A stretch of 64,000 nt of DNA. It comes from Octopus vulgaris. Lineage: Eukaryota. Of the stretch, positions 52,576 through 64,000 are shown one piece after another. The DNA lies in assembly GCA_951406725.2 (NCBI GenBank), contig OX597831.1, positions 57,660,001 through 57,724,000 of the forward strand, read 5' to 3'. The notes beneath the pieces are model-generated. The model made no database searches. It was not told where the DNA came from and saw nothing but the letters and a program-made list of their open reading frames with translations. The position numbers and the translations under genes were made by a program. How positions within the stretch are numbered: the stretch's first letter is position 1; the number at the start of each line of letters is the position of its first letter.

Positions 52576-52818
52576 GGAGGCGCATGGCTTAGTGGTTAGG
52601 GTGTCAGCACCATTATCGTAAGATTGTGGTTTTGATTCCAGGACCGGGCGACGCGTTGTGTTCTTGAGCAAAACACTTCATTTCACATTACTCCAGTCCA
52701 CTCAGCTGGCAAAAATGAGTAATGCTGTGATGGACTGGCGTCCCATCCAGCTGGGGAACACATATGCCATAAAAACCAGGAAACCAGGCCCATGAGCCTG
52801 GCTAGGCTTTAAAAAGGC
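52576..52818 (+). mobile_element. tRNA-derived SINE with V-SINE-like gatggactggcgtcccatccag segment
   Basis: A box tggcttagtgg; tail shared with 56335-56645. Confidence 0.75.
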
Positions 52819-53747
52819 ACATTATTTATTTCTTTTTTTACATATTTTAAGAAAAATGTAATTACTAAAAGATGGAGAAGATTCATCATCCTAAAATGGT
52901 ACTGTTTAATGTTTAGTGGCCTCAGAATACCTAGTTCAGTTAGAATGGCATAGTTGGGTGCTACCATTTGGATGCTTGTGATTTGGCACAGCTGACAGGA
53001 CATTGAACCTGTATTTGGTATTGTTTTTTTTTTTTTTTTTTGTTTTTTTTGACATGAATATTTCTTGACACTAGAGGCAAACATGCACATACATGCAGAA
53101 ATTTATATATACAGATAGACAATGAGAGAGAGAGAGAAAGAAAGAGATGTCCGTAGCAATCAGTCATTTAATATATCTTAGTGTTTCTCCCATGAAGGCA
53201 CATGGCCCAGTGGTTTGAGCATTGGGCTCACAGTCATAAGGTAGTGAGTTCAATTCCCAGACCAGGCTATGTGTTGTGTTCTTGAGCAAGACACTTTATT
53301 TCATGTTGCTCCAGTTCACTCAGTTGTAGAAATGAGTTGCAACGTCACTGGTGCCAAGCTGTATCGGACTTTGCCTTTCCCCCAGATAATATTACTGGTA
53401 TGCATGGGCAACTGCTGGTCTTCTGTAAACAACCTTCCCTGGACTTGTACCCTGGAGGGTAACTTTCTAGGTAAAGTCCCATGGTCAGTCATGACTGAAG
53501 GTGGTCTTTTAATGTTTCTCCCTTTCTCTCTCTCTGTCTGATTTTTCTGCTCGTAGCACCAAAATTCACAGTCATTTCTGCTTTGTCAAAGATAAGCAGG
53601 AATCAGTTGTGAGAAGAAATTTTTTTTCTCATGTTTCGTCACAATCTCATCAGCCATTTTATAAATAAAGTGGAGCAAAAATCTAAAAGAAGTGTTGTTT
53701 AGTGGCTGTGCTAACAAGTCCTGAGTTGTCTCATATAGCTAAAAGGA

Positions 53748-54138
53748 TTAACCATTTAGCATTCAGATTACTATGTCAGATGTAATACTTATTTATTTAC
53801 ATAAATAAAGATGCCGACGACCGCTCGGTTCAAAGTCTCTCTTGACCAGAAATGGCCTGAACTCTTTGTATGACCACCCTCCCTGTACATAACTCCCTGT
53901 CCCCATACATGGCCTTGCTTTTGCTTTTTGAGACAATAAAAATTGAATTGAATTGAATTGACATCATTTTGAATTAATCATGCATTATCTTGTAGCTTCA
54001 AGATTTTCATGATGTATTTGTTATTTCTTTTTAATGACATTGTAGAGTAGGTGTGAGAGGCTTGATCTGGCTGGTTTAAATATAAAACAGGTAGAATATT
54101 TTGGCTGAATATGGCCAGATTAAATGCTAAAGGATTAA
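53748..54138. mobile_element. piggyBac-like MITE with a CR1-like 3' insert (about 53803-53960)
   Basis: TTAA termini; insert encodes RFKVSLDQKWPELF* with an (AATTG)n tail. Confidence 0.7.
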
Positions 54139-54336
54139 AATATCAGTCATTGAACTAATGTATTTTCCTCACAGCATAATTATCTTTAATTATATTCTTT
54201 CTTTTTGTTTTTGCATTAAATATGTTAACACTACTTTACTAATTGTCGTAACACTTCTTAGAAGACCATTCATAGCAAGCTGTATTTTTGTTCAATTTTG
54301 ATTCCTTTATTCTGCATTTGTTTTATTCTGTTGCAG

Positions 54337-54423
54337 GATGAAACTCTGGTTCACTGCAGCCTAACTGAGTTGGATGATGCCGCATTCACTTTTCCTGTTT
54401 TATTTCAAGACATCACCTACCAG
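54337..54423 (+). CDS. CTDSPL2: CTDSPL2 coding exon 7 ([29 protein letters not shown])
   Basis: Completes the DxDx(T/V) HAD motif DLDETLVH; phase 0 to 0. Confidence 0.97.
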
Positions 54424-54770
54424 GTATATTTGGGCCGTTATTGTTTTTTAGCCCCAATCCTCCTCATAATCATAATTATTTTCTAAATTGATTTTAAAAA
54501 AATATAACCCAAAAAAAAAATGATTTTTGTGGCTGTTTGCCAGTACTACCTGACTGGCCCTCGTGCTGGTGGCACGTAAAAGCACCCACTACACTCTCAG
54601 AGTGGTTGGCATTAGGAAGGGCATCCAGCTGTAGAAACTCTGCAGCCATCTGGTTCGCCAGTCCTCAGTCAAATCATCCAACCCATGCTAACATGGAAAA
54701 CGGACGTTAAACGATGATGATGATTATTATTTTGTATTTATTTAACCTTTTATTTCTGTGGTTATTTCAG

Positions 54771-54913
54771 GTTTTTGTTCGTACAAGACCATTCTTTCGG
54801 GAGTTTTTAGAAAGAGTATCACAAGTGTTTGAAGTAATACTGTTTACTGCTTCAAAGAAGGTGTATGCTGATAAACTGATGAATCTATTGGACCCTCATA
54901 AAAAGTTAATCAA
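54771..54913 (+). CDS. CTDSPL2: CTDSPL2 coding exon 8 ([14 protein letters not shown]...[18 protein letters not shown]...)
   Basis: FCP/SCP domain motifs; phase 0 to 2; canonical splice sites. Confidence 0.97.
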
Positions 54914-55195
54914 GTAAGTTCATGTTCAGTGGAGACTATAGTTCTGTTAGTGTGTGTTTATGTGGCCCCCACCGATAGAGCTCTATATACCAGACCAAGA
55001 GAATATTATCATGTTTGTCATCATTGTTCTTAACTCACAACATAAGCATTTCATCTAGTTCTGAATAAGTACATTTGATAATCCCTCGTGTAAGATGCTT
55101 CGGATGGATAGTGTTTTTTAGGTTTCAAATTTTGGAATAATTATATATTTATATCTATAAAATGTGACAGCTTTGGGCATGAAACCAACTCAACT

Positions 55196-55432
55196 TTAAC
55201 CCTTTAATCATTCAAATTACTAAATCAAATGTAATGCTTATATACTCTTTTACTGGTTTCAGTCATTTGACTGTGGCCATGCTGGAGCACCGCCTTTAGT
55301 CGAGGAAATCGACCCCCAGGACTTATTCCTTGTAAGCCTAGTACTTATTCTATCAGTCTCTTTTGCCGAACCGCTAAGTTACAGGGACGTAAACACACAA
55401 ACATCGGTTGTCAAGCGATGTTGGGGGGACAA

Positions 55433-55465
<33 letters not shown>

Positions 55466-55742
55466 CGACAGGCTTCTTTCAGTTTACGTCTACCAAATCC
55501 ACTCACAAGGCTTTGGTCGGCCCGAGGCTATAGTAGAAGACACTTGCCCAAGGTGCCATATTCACATTATTTTGAATTAATCATGCATTATTTCATAGCG
55601 TCGAGATTTTGATGATGTAATTGTTTATTTTTAAGAATAACATTGTAGGGTAGGTATGAGAGGTTGGATCTGGCCAATTTGAACATAAAACAAGTAAAAT
55701 ATTTTGGCTGGATATGGCTGCTTTAAATGCTAACGAGTTAAA
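55196..55742. mobile_element. piggyBac-like MITE with a nested family A SINE (55243-55559, minus strand)
   Basis: MITE halves are continuous across the SINE. Confidence 0.78.
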
Positions 55743-56039
55743 CATATCTATTTACATTTTGTGATTTGCAGGGTTTATATGATGCTACTTCACTTGGGAT
55801 TTAATTGGGTTTTGAACTGTTACAATTTTTTCCCCCCAAGTTCTTGTTGGTTATGTGTATTTGGTAGTGTTGGTGCAGTCTTGTAGTATGTCAGCTGAGC
55901 CATCTGGACTCATTCACTGTCCTCACCACTGAGAGTTCTTGGGTTGCATGTTATTTGGCGACCGCACCAGTGCTGGTGCTATGTAAAGAGCACCTAATAT
56001 CTTGAAGAATTTGCCAATTTTTGTGTTTAACCTTTTATA

Positions 56040-57103
56040 GCATTCAAGAGTGAAGGGCAGATTGCATGATGCCTGTTTATGTACAGCTGTGTTACATGGC
56101 AGTGAAACATGGGCTTTGACTACAGAGGACTTGTAAAGGCTTGAAAGAAATGGAGCCAGCATGCTCCACTGGATGAGTAATGTCAGTGTGCATACACAAT
56201 ACAGTGTAAATGATTTAAGAGGAAAACCGAGTATAAGAGGCATCAGATGGTGTGTCCAAGAGAGAAAACTGCACTGGTTTGGTCATGTGATGCATATGGA
56301 CGAGGATGGTTGTGTAAAGAATGTTTCATTTTATTTATGCAACCTTTTCAAGCCTAGCCAGGCTCATGGGCCCGGTTTCCTGGTTTCTGTGGCGTATGTG
56401 TTCCCCCTAGCTGGACAGGATGCCAGTCCATCGCAGCGTTACCCAAGAAACAGGAAGAAAGAGTGTGAGAAAGTTGGGGCGAAAGAGTACAACAGGGGTC
56501 GCCACCCCCCCCCCCCCTGCCGGAGCCTCATGGAGCTTTAGGTGTTTTGGCTCAATAAACACACACAACGCCCGGTTTGGGAATCGAAACCACGCTCCTG
56601 TGACCGTGAGTCCGCTGCCCTAACCACTGGGCCTTTGCACTTCCACATGTAAAGAAAGTACCGAATTTTAATTGTGAAGGGTACCTGTGGAAGGGGTAGA
56701 CCCAGGAAAACATGGGAAGAAGTGGTGAGAAAGGATCTTCAGATGCTGGGTCTTACTGAGGAAATGATAAGGGACCGAGAGATGTAGCGACTTGCTGTAC
56801 ATGGTAAGATGCATCAATCTAAGTAAAATCACTGTCTTTCACACATACAGGCTTGCCCTTTCAGGTGCTGGTGCCATTTAAAAGGCACCTGAGTCAGTGC
56901 TGCACTAATGCACCCATGCCAGTGGCATATAAAAAGCACCCAGTACACTCTTTTAAGTGGTTGATATTAGGAAGGGCATCCAGCTGTAGAAACCATGCCA
57001 CAACAGACAATTGCAGTCTGGACAGCTTTGCTATCCAGCTCCATGTCAAACTGATCAACCCATGCCAGCATGGAAAGTAGATGTTAAACGATGATGATGA
57101 TGA
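56040..57103 (+). mobile_element. RTE LINE 3' remnant interrupted by a SINE (about 56330-56645, minus strand)
   Basis: LHGSETW...KLHWFGHVM | GRGRPRKTWEEVV...DRE; TGTAAAGAA duplicated around the SINE; (GAT)n tail. Confidence 0.85.
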
Positions 57104-57120
57104 TTATTCCATCAAATGTA

Positions 57121-57632
57121 CCGTAAATCCTCGAGTATAATCCGCATTTTTTCCCCAAAATTTAAAGGTCAAAATCCCCAGTGCGTACTATATACGAGGT
57201 TAAAAATGAAAATTATTTTCTAAGCAATGTCCGAGTCTCTATTTGCTGTCCAGCAATGTTTATTCAGACGCATTTTGTGATGTTGAATGTGAAAATACCT
57301 TAAGCTAAGCCTGAAAGCAATGAAGTCATAAAAGAATCATCCATAACTTGCAGTAAGCAACATTTATTAAACGTTATTACTGTTATTTCTTTATTTTCTG
57401 CAAACAAAATGCACAAAAAAGCTACACGTTTGCATAATATGATATATGCAATAATAATAAAGGACATTACCATATACATTTTTACAAACCAAGGACGTTA
57501 TATAGACCTCCTTGAATCAAGTTAGAGAAGGGGTGCGTATTATACACAAGGTTTAAGTTTTTCAGAGGTACAGCCCCCTAAAAATCCCCTGCATATTATA
57601 CTCAAGGGCAGACTATACTCGAGGATTTACGG
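57121..57632. mobile_element. pogo/Tigger-like MITE
   Basis: TIR CCGTAAATCCTCGAGTATA / TATACTCGAGGATTTACGG with TA TSD. Confidence 0.88.
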
Positions 57633-57928
57633 TAATGCTTATTTATTCACATTGTTTTTAATTAACCATGCATTATCTTCTAGCTTCAAGATTTCAATGA
57701 TGTAATTGTACATTTTTTTAGAATGACATTGTAGGATAGGTGTGAAAGGCCAGATCTGACTGGTTTGAACATAAAACATGTAGAATATTTTGGCTGGATA
57801 TATAGCCAGGTGAACCAATAACATAAATATATATTCTTGGGTTAAAAAGAAAGAAATTGCTTTCATGCAACCTGTAACCAGATTTATATCTATTCATTTC
57901 TGTTGTTTTCTTTTCTTCTCACTACAAG

Positions 57929-58055
57929 GCATAGATTGTTCCGAGAACACTGCGTGTGCGTTAATGGCAACTATATTAAAGACCTTACTATACTTGGCCG
58001 TGATTTGTCAAAAACCATCATTGTGGATAATTCACCGCAGGCGTTTGGCTATCAG
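57929..58055 (+). CDS. CTDSPL2: CTDSPL2 coding exon 9 ([19 protein letters not shown]...[13 protein letters not shown])
   Basis: FCP/SCP motifs; AAG acceptor, CAG|GTAAGC donor; phase 2 to 0. Confidence 0.96.
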
Positions 58056-58310
58056 GTAAGCTATAAAACGTGTTATTTTCTGTGTGTTGCACCTGTGCTT
58101 ATTTTCCAGTATTTTCTCTCTCTCCTATGAACTAAATGTTTCAAATGACAACACTCACACACAGGCTTTTATGCAGTTTCCATCTACCAAATTCACTCAC
58201 AAGGCATTGGTCAGTCTGGGACTCTAGTAGAGGACATATGCCCAAAGTGCTACCATGGAACTGAACCCAGAACCACAGTGTTGCAAAGCAAGCTTCTTAA
58301 CCACTCAGCC

Positions 58311-58353
<43 letters not shown>

Positions 58354-58681
58354 AGGTATATAAGTATGTATGTGTGTGTTGGCCAAATGGTTCGTAAGTT
58401 TGGTTTGAAATCATGAGGTTACAGATTCATTCTTGAATTTCTTTTTCACTGGCAATTCCAAGTGTTTCCACTCCATACTCTGCATTTCAAATTCTTGCTC
58501 AATTCACTCATACACACTATTATGCTGCAGAGTGCTGTTCCCGTATCATATTGAAAACGTGTGATAAATTTCAGCCCCTGACACACCCTCAGACCAGATA
58601 AATTGGACCACTGATCGGTGTTCTTCCTTGATGCACACTACCAACGGGTCTGGAACAGGGCAGTTGTCTTCTACCATAGCC

Positions 58682-58909
58682 TTAATCCTTTTGTTACTGT
58701 ATTTTTTTTGAGATGCTCTGTATTTCTTTCAGTTATGTTAAATATGACAAAGAATTTAGTAAAATAACTTAGCTATCATTCAGCTAGTGTTAGGAACATA
58801 AATTGTGACTAAGGTTTGGTGGAAGATTTTAATTCAAAACTTATGAAAACAAGACATTTATACTCAGAGCCAGAACCAGTTTCAGCCGGGTTGGTAATGA
58901 AAGGGTTAA
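58682..58909. mobile_element. piggyBac-like MITE (second family)
   Basis: TTAA ends; homologous to 19866-20425 and about 5132-5355. Confidence 0.8.
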
Positions 58910-59077
58910 GAAAATGAAACAAGCTTTGTCAGTAGAATTGGATAGATGGAAACTGTGGAAGCCTGTTAAGTGAACTGTGTTTGCAATTCAAAAGACCAGC
59001 CTTGTTACGTATATCATACAGGTTATGTTAAGGGTATAAGTGTATGTGACCACTACAAGGTCTAGTTCTTGTTATGC

Positions 59078-59390
59078 TTCAGTGACCCTGAGAAGTTTAC
59101 CAGTGGAGCACAAGTACCTGGTAGGGTCTCCCATGCTGGACTGGTCAAAGGATAGAGACCAGACTAAAATGGACTACTTCTTCCCAGAGATAAAAGTGGG
59201 TTTGCATAGGGCCAACACCCCCTACGTAGAAAAATGCAAAGTTACAGAATCACTGAAGACCATTCAGAAACAACAAGACCTGAGAGAGAAAGACATTCTA
59301 CCTGGAAAAGACAGCCCAGAGTCAAGAAATATGGAAAAAGGTCATTGATGATCTATGCACCAATGAGAGCAAAGAACTTAATTAAGTAAT
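59078..59390 (+). mobile_element. Short RTE-derived non-autonomous element (5' UTR + 3' end)
   Basis: tgaccctgag...cctggtagggtctcccatgctgga 5' motif; gatctatgc...ttaagtaa 3' tail. Confidence 0.5.
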
Positions 59391-59598
59391 GCCTTTGGAA
59401 TACTCAGCCACTTAAACTAATTCATTGAGTAGTAATTCCATTCAATGAACAATTGAAATATTTATCTTTGATACCAGTAGTGGATATATGTAAGATATGT
59501 AGATATGTTTGTGTGCATGCATATGTAATATCAGAGCAATAACACCAGCAGAGCCATAGCTCAAGGATTGAAAACCAGTAAAACAAAATATATATGTA

Positions 59599-59974
59599 CT
59601 CGTACTATGACCTGGCAACGCCGGGTCATAGCGCTAGTGCATGCATATACAGCTGCGTGCGTGCACACATACACGCAAGTACTGTCCAAATCTCCGACCA
59701 GTCACATACAGCAAGCTGGCATTCAATTGTCGTATCAAGTTTCAGGCATTTTGATTGGGTTTGAGATAGAAAATTCACAAAAATGTTGCTTCTATTGATT
59801 TTTTAATGGCTTTGCAGGGTGACTGGGGAAATGTAAAGATGTGCACGACCACCCTTGGACGGTTTTGAATGACCATAGAAAGTGCGAGCCCTCTAACAGA
59901 AAAATTGCGGATTTGTATAAAGGACACACACACACAGACATTTTGCCGTTTACATATATATATAGAGAGAGAGA
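59599..59974 (-). mobile_element. Non-autonomous Helitron
   Basis: Reverse complement of 46169-46533. Confidence 0.8.
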
Positions 59975-60047
59975 TATGTGTGTGTGTGAGTGTATGGTAA
60001 AAGAGAAATTTCTAATAAGTTTCCCATTCTCTTTCCATTGTTTTCAG

Positions 60048-60143
60048 CTTGATAATGGCATCCCAATTGAAAGTTGGTTTATGGAGCGTACTGACCAGGA
60101 ACTATTGAAACTGCTGCCGTTTCTGGAGAGTCTTGTTGCCATG
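60048..60143 (+). CDS. CTDSPL2: CTDSPL2 coding exon 10 ([11 protein letters not shown]...[15 protein letters not shown])
   Basis: NGIPIESWF motif; phase 0 to 0; canonical splice sites. Confidence 0.97.
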
Positions 60144-60271
60144 GTAAGTAGTAATCACTATTATGCTATTACGCATTTATTATACAAGTTGAGTTGAGTG
60201 TCTTGCTCAAGGGAAAATGACCGACAGCCTAGAAACAGATTACATAGCTTGGCTTTCTTGATGTAGTTTCT

Positions 60272-60685
60272 TAATTCTTTACTGCCCACAAGGGGCTACA
60301 CACAGAGTGGACAAACAAGGACAGACAAACGGATTAAGTCGATTACATCGACCCCAGTGCGTAACTGGTACTTATTTAATCGACCCCGAAAGGATGAAAG
60401 GCAAAGTCGACTTCGGCAGAATTTGAACTCAGAACGTAACGGCAGACGAAATACCTATTTCTTTACTGCCCACAAGGGGCTACACACAGAGAGGACAAAC
60501 AAGGACAGACAAACGGATTAAGTCGATTACATCGACCCCAGTGCATAACTGGTACTTATTTAATCGACCCCGAAAGGATGAAAGGCAAAGTCGACCTCGG
60601 TGGAATTTGAACTCAGAACGTAGCGGCAGACGAAATACTGCTAAGCATTTCGCCTGGCGTGCTAACGTTTCTGTCGGCTCGCCTT
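60272..60685 (-). mobile_element. Dimeric SINE family B
   Basis: 184-bp unit twice; TTCTTGATGTAGTTTCT at 60255-60271 and 60684-60700. Confidence 0.88.
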
Positions 60686-61163
60686 CTTGATGTAGTTTCT
60701 GTTTGTGATATAGTCTATGAGTGTATAGATGTTTGGTGTTAGGAAGGGCATTCAGTTGTAAAAACCATGCCATAACAGACACAGAAATCTGGAGCAGTCT
60801 TCTGTTTGGCCAGCTCCTGTCAAACCATCCAGCCCATGCCAGCATGGAAAGAGGGCATTAAATGATGATGATGATGTCATCATCATCATCATCATCATCG
60901 TTTAACGTCCATTTTCCATGCTAGCATGGGTTGGACGGTTCGACCGGGGCCTGGGAAGCCAGGAGGCTGCATCAGGCCCAGTCTGATCTGTCAGTGTTTC
61001 TACAGCTGGATGCCCTTCCTAACGCCAACCACTCCGTGAGTGTAGTGGGTGCTTTTTACGTGCCACCAGCACAGGTGCCAGACGAGGCTGGCAAACGGCC
61101 ACGATTGGTTGGTGCTTTTTACGTGCCATACACCAGTGTTTATTAGTACCTATGCACCTATGC

Positions 61164-61342
61164 CAGTGCTTTTCGACCTTTTTGCTGGAGCGGAACCCCA
61201 AGAAAACATTTCACAGGCTCGAGGAACCCCTGTGCAATAATTTAATTGTCTTATGCACACATATCTGCACATGAGAATTAAAAATTACTGTCGATTTTAG
61301 CATTTTTGTAACTTCTTGCGGAACCCTGGTTGAAAACCACTG
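61164..61342. mobile_element. hAT-type MITE
   Basis: CAGTG...CACTG termini with 8-bp TSD ACCTATGC. Confidence 0.85.
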
Positions 61343-61527
61343 ACCTATGCATTCATACTTACTGAACTTTAATTTACACAAATATTAATCACTTAAATTT
61401 GCTTTGTGAACACAAATGTATAACATAAACTTATTTATGTGTGTAATAATGCTTTTTTTTTTCCTTCTCATGCTTAAAATTTTTTTTATATTTCATTCTT
61501 TCTTTTGTTTTTTTTCATTCATTTCAG

Positions 61528-61590
61528 AATGAAGACGTACGACCTCATATCCGACAGCGCTACCGGCTCTTTCAGATGTTACCACCATAA
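61528..61590 (+). CDS. CTDSPL2: CTDSPL2 terminal coding exon (NEDVRPHIRQRYRLFQMLPP*)
   Basis: Long polypyrimidine tract + cag; DVRPHIR C-terminal motif; TAA at 61588-90. Confidence 0.95.
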   Translation, partial: NEDVRPHIRQRYRLFQMLPP

Positions 61591-62037
61591 TCGACGTTAC
61601 CATCGTTTTTATTTTATTATTTTTTTTTTTTTAATCCGGGGGAACTAGCTCCTCTTGTGTCCTGAGCTGAGCAGACTATTGTATAAACAAACTCACACCT
61701 CCTCCAACACATCTATTACTTCTATAATACTACTGTTACTACTACCACCACCACCACCACCACCACCACCACCTCCACGACTACCACCACTACCACTACC
61801 ACCACCACCACCCACCACCACATTACCATCATAGCTGAGAGGACACAAAAGGAGAACTAAAAGTCCACTGGAACTTTGTTTTTTTTTAATTTTTTGTTTT
61901 GTTTTGTTATTATCCATAGGATCCCTCCCCATCACTCTAAATTTAAAAAAAAAACAACAAAAACAAAAAAATAATAATGGATAAAAGAAAATTAATTTTA
62001 ACATCAGAAAACCCTTTAATTACATTTTAGCAATGTT

Positions 62038-62359
62038 TTATATATATATATATATATGTGTGTATGTATATATATATTTATGTATATATATATATATATA
62101 TAATATATGTATGTACATATATATTTATGTATATATATATATATAATATATGTATGTACATATATATTTATGTATATATATAAAGATATATATATATATA
62201 ATATATGTATGTACATATATATTTATGTGTATATATATACATATATAAAGAGATATATTTACATATATAAAGATATATATATGTTCATGTGTGTGTGTGT
62301 ATATACATATATGTATATATATAGATGTATGTGTATATATATATATATAGATGTATGTG

Positions 62360-62392
<33 letters not shown>

Positions 62393-62493
62393 GTATATAT
62401 ATACATACACACACTTGTATGTGTATGTATATATATGTATATATATACATACACACACTTGTATGTGTATGTATACACATGCACACACACACT

Positions 62494-62536
<43 letters not shown>
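62038..62536. repeat. Degenerate (TA)/(TG)/(CA) tract downstream of the stop codon
   Basis: Read directly from the sequence. Confidence 0.9.
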
Positions 62537-62539
<3 letters not shown>

Positions 62540-64000
62540 AAACATCATGGGAAATTGGGTAGGGGTGAGGGTTGATTTGATGAAAGAAGAAGAAAGAAAA
62601 GTAAAAGAAATTTTCACTTCACAATATGTCCTCTGAATAGGGCCAAAGTAATTAAGTTTTTAAAAAAATAATAATTAGAAAACCTCAAGACTTTACAAGA
62701 TAACAATCATCGTATAATTAATTTAAAAGATTTCAGATCTTACAATTGCTGATGAGAAGGATTATTATTATTATATATTTTTATTTCTTGTCCCTGATTC
62801 TCCGGCTGAATCCTGAGAATTAGCAGCAGGAAGGAGATAGCAGTTTGTGTAAATTCACAATTTCCTTGCCAAAATCATCGATGTTATTAATTTCTTTTAA
62901 TTTTACTCAAGACAACTTATCCCTCTTCTTCTTTTTTTTTTTCTTGTAATGCCAGTATCTTTATTATCATTATTATTATTATTAAAATGGTAAGTTGACT
63001 CTGATGGGATTTGAAAACACCAACAAGACGAGACATAAAACAACACCCTGTTCAACACACTCACACAATCTATTGCTTTTATGATGTTCTCTACCTTACA
63101 CACAACTCTTTCGATACTGTTAATATCTTCAAGGTTTTTTTCCTTTAAACATATATTTGACTTTGTTAAAAGCTATCTTTTCCATTATAAAATAAGGAAA
63201 TTATAATTTTCTTAGTTTTAGTCTTTTAGTCTTTATCTTTAAAGACTTCCCATTTTTACCATGTTTATTATTAACATCATTCTTAAGGAGGCAAGCTGGC
63301 AGAATTGTTAGCATACCAGGCAAAAATGCTTAACAGTATTTCATCCATCTTCACGTTCTGAGTTCAAATTCCACTGAGGTTGACTTTATCTTTCATCCTT
63401 TCAAGATCAATAAATCAAGTACCAGTGAAATCCTGGGATCGATGTAATCGACTAGTCCCCTTCCCCCTTTCCCCAAATTTCAGGCCTTGTGCCTTTAGTA
63501 GACAGGGTTATTATTTATTATTCTTATTATATATTTTTCCCCTTTCATCTATGCTACTTGCATCAATACCTGTTTATTAGTATTATTGTTCTTGTTGGTA
63601 TCATATTATCACCATTGTTGTGGTGGTTGTTGCTATTAATATCACTACTAATTTTATTCCGCCTGTCTGTGGTTTAAAATAGTATTAATTTCAACTATAT
63701 ACTTCCTGCCCACTTCATTGCATAAGTTATCCTTATACTTAGTTAAAACATACTACTACTGACTAGAATAGTTACAGCATTTAGCAAAATGCTTTCCTAA
63801 AAAATATATATTAGTGACAGGCAAAATTAATACTGAGAGGTAATATATAACCTCACTTAAACATGGGTGCTTTATTAGAGCAAACTATACTGTGATTGAT
63901 ACAGTGAAAGACACTCTCATATTTGCTTTTGGTGCAAAATGCAGTCTTGTTTATATTGCTAGCATTATAAATATGTGCATTTTACCATTATTAATTATAG

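Noticed and set aside
61591-64000. Defined polyadenylation site
   Set aside because: The AATAAA I noted (about 63409) lies inside a SINE; the 3' UTR end cannot be determined from sequence alone

Overview
AT-rich, microsatellite- and transposon-dense eukaryotic DNA; the SINE, RTE and microsatellite landscape suggests an octopus or other coleoid cephalopod (inference). One protein-coding gene is supported: a + strand CTDSPL2/SCP4 (FCP/SCP HAD-family phosphatase). I reconstructed it by hand as 11 GT-AG coding exons (25664-61590) with consistent phases, 1353 nt = 450 aa + stop; the catalytic DLDET motif is split across exons 6/7. Almost all ORF-track entries are microsatellite or repeat artefacts. 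Introns contain tRNA-derived SINEs, a 5S-derived SINE3-like element, RTE, CR1 and R4/Dong LINE remnants, non-autonomous Helitrons, and piggyBac/mariner/pogo/hAT MITEs. The most unusual signal is a set of short fold-back (inverted-repeat) elements sitting in (TA)n/(AAT)n tracts. Several carry minimal hammerhead-ribozyme-like cores of the Penelope-like-element type (CCGANGA variant, palindromic helix III), including a perfect 142-bp palindrome that encodes the motif on both strands. Repeat boundaries are approximate and were read by eye.
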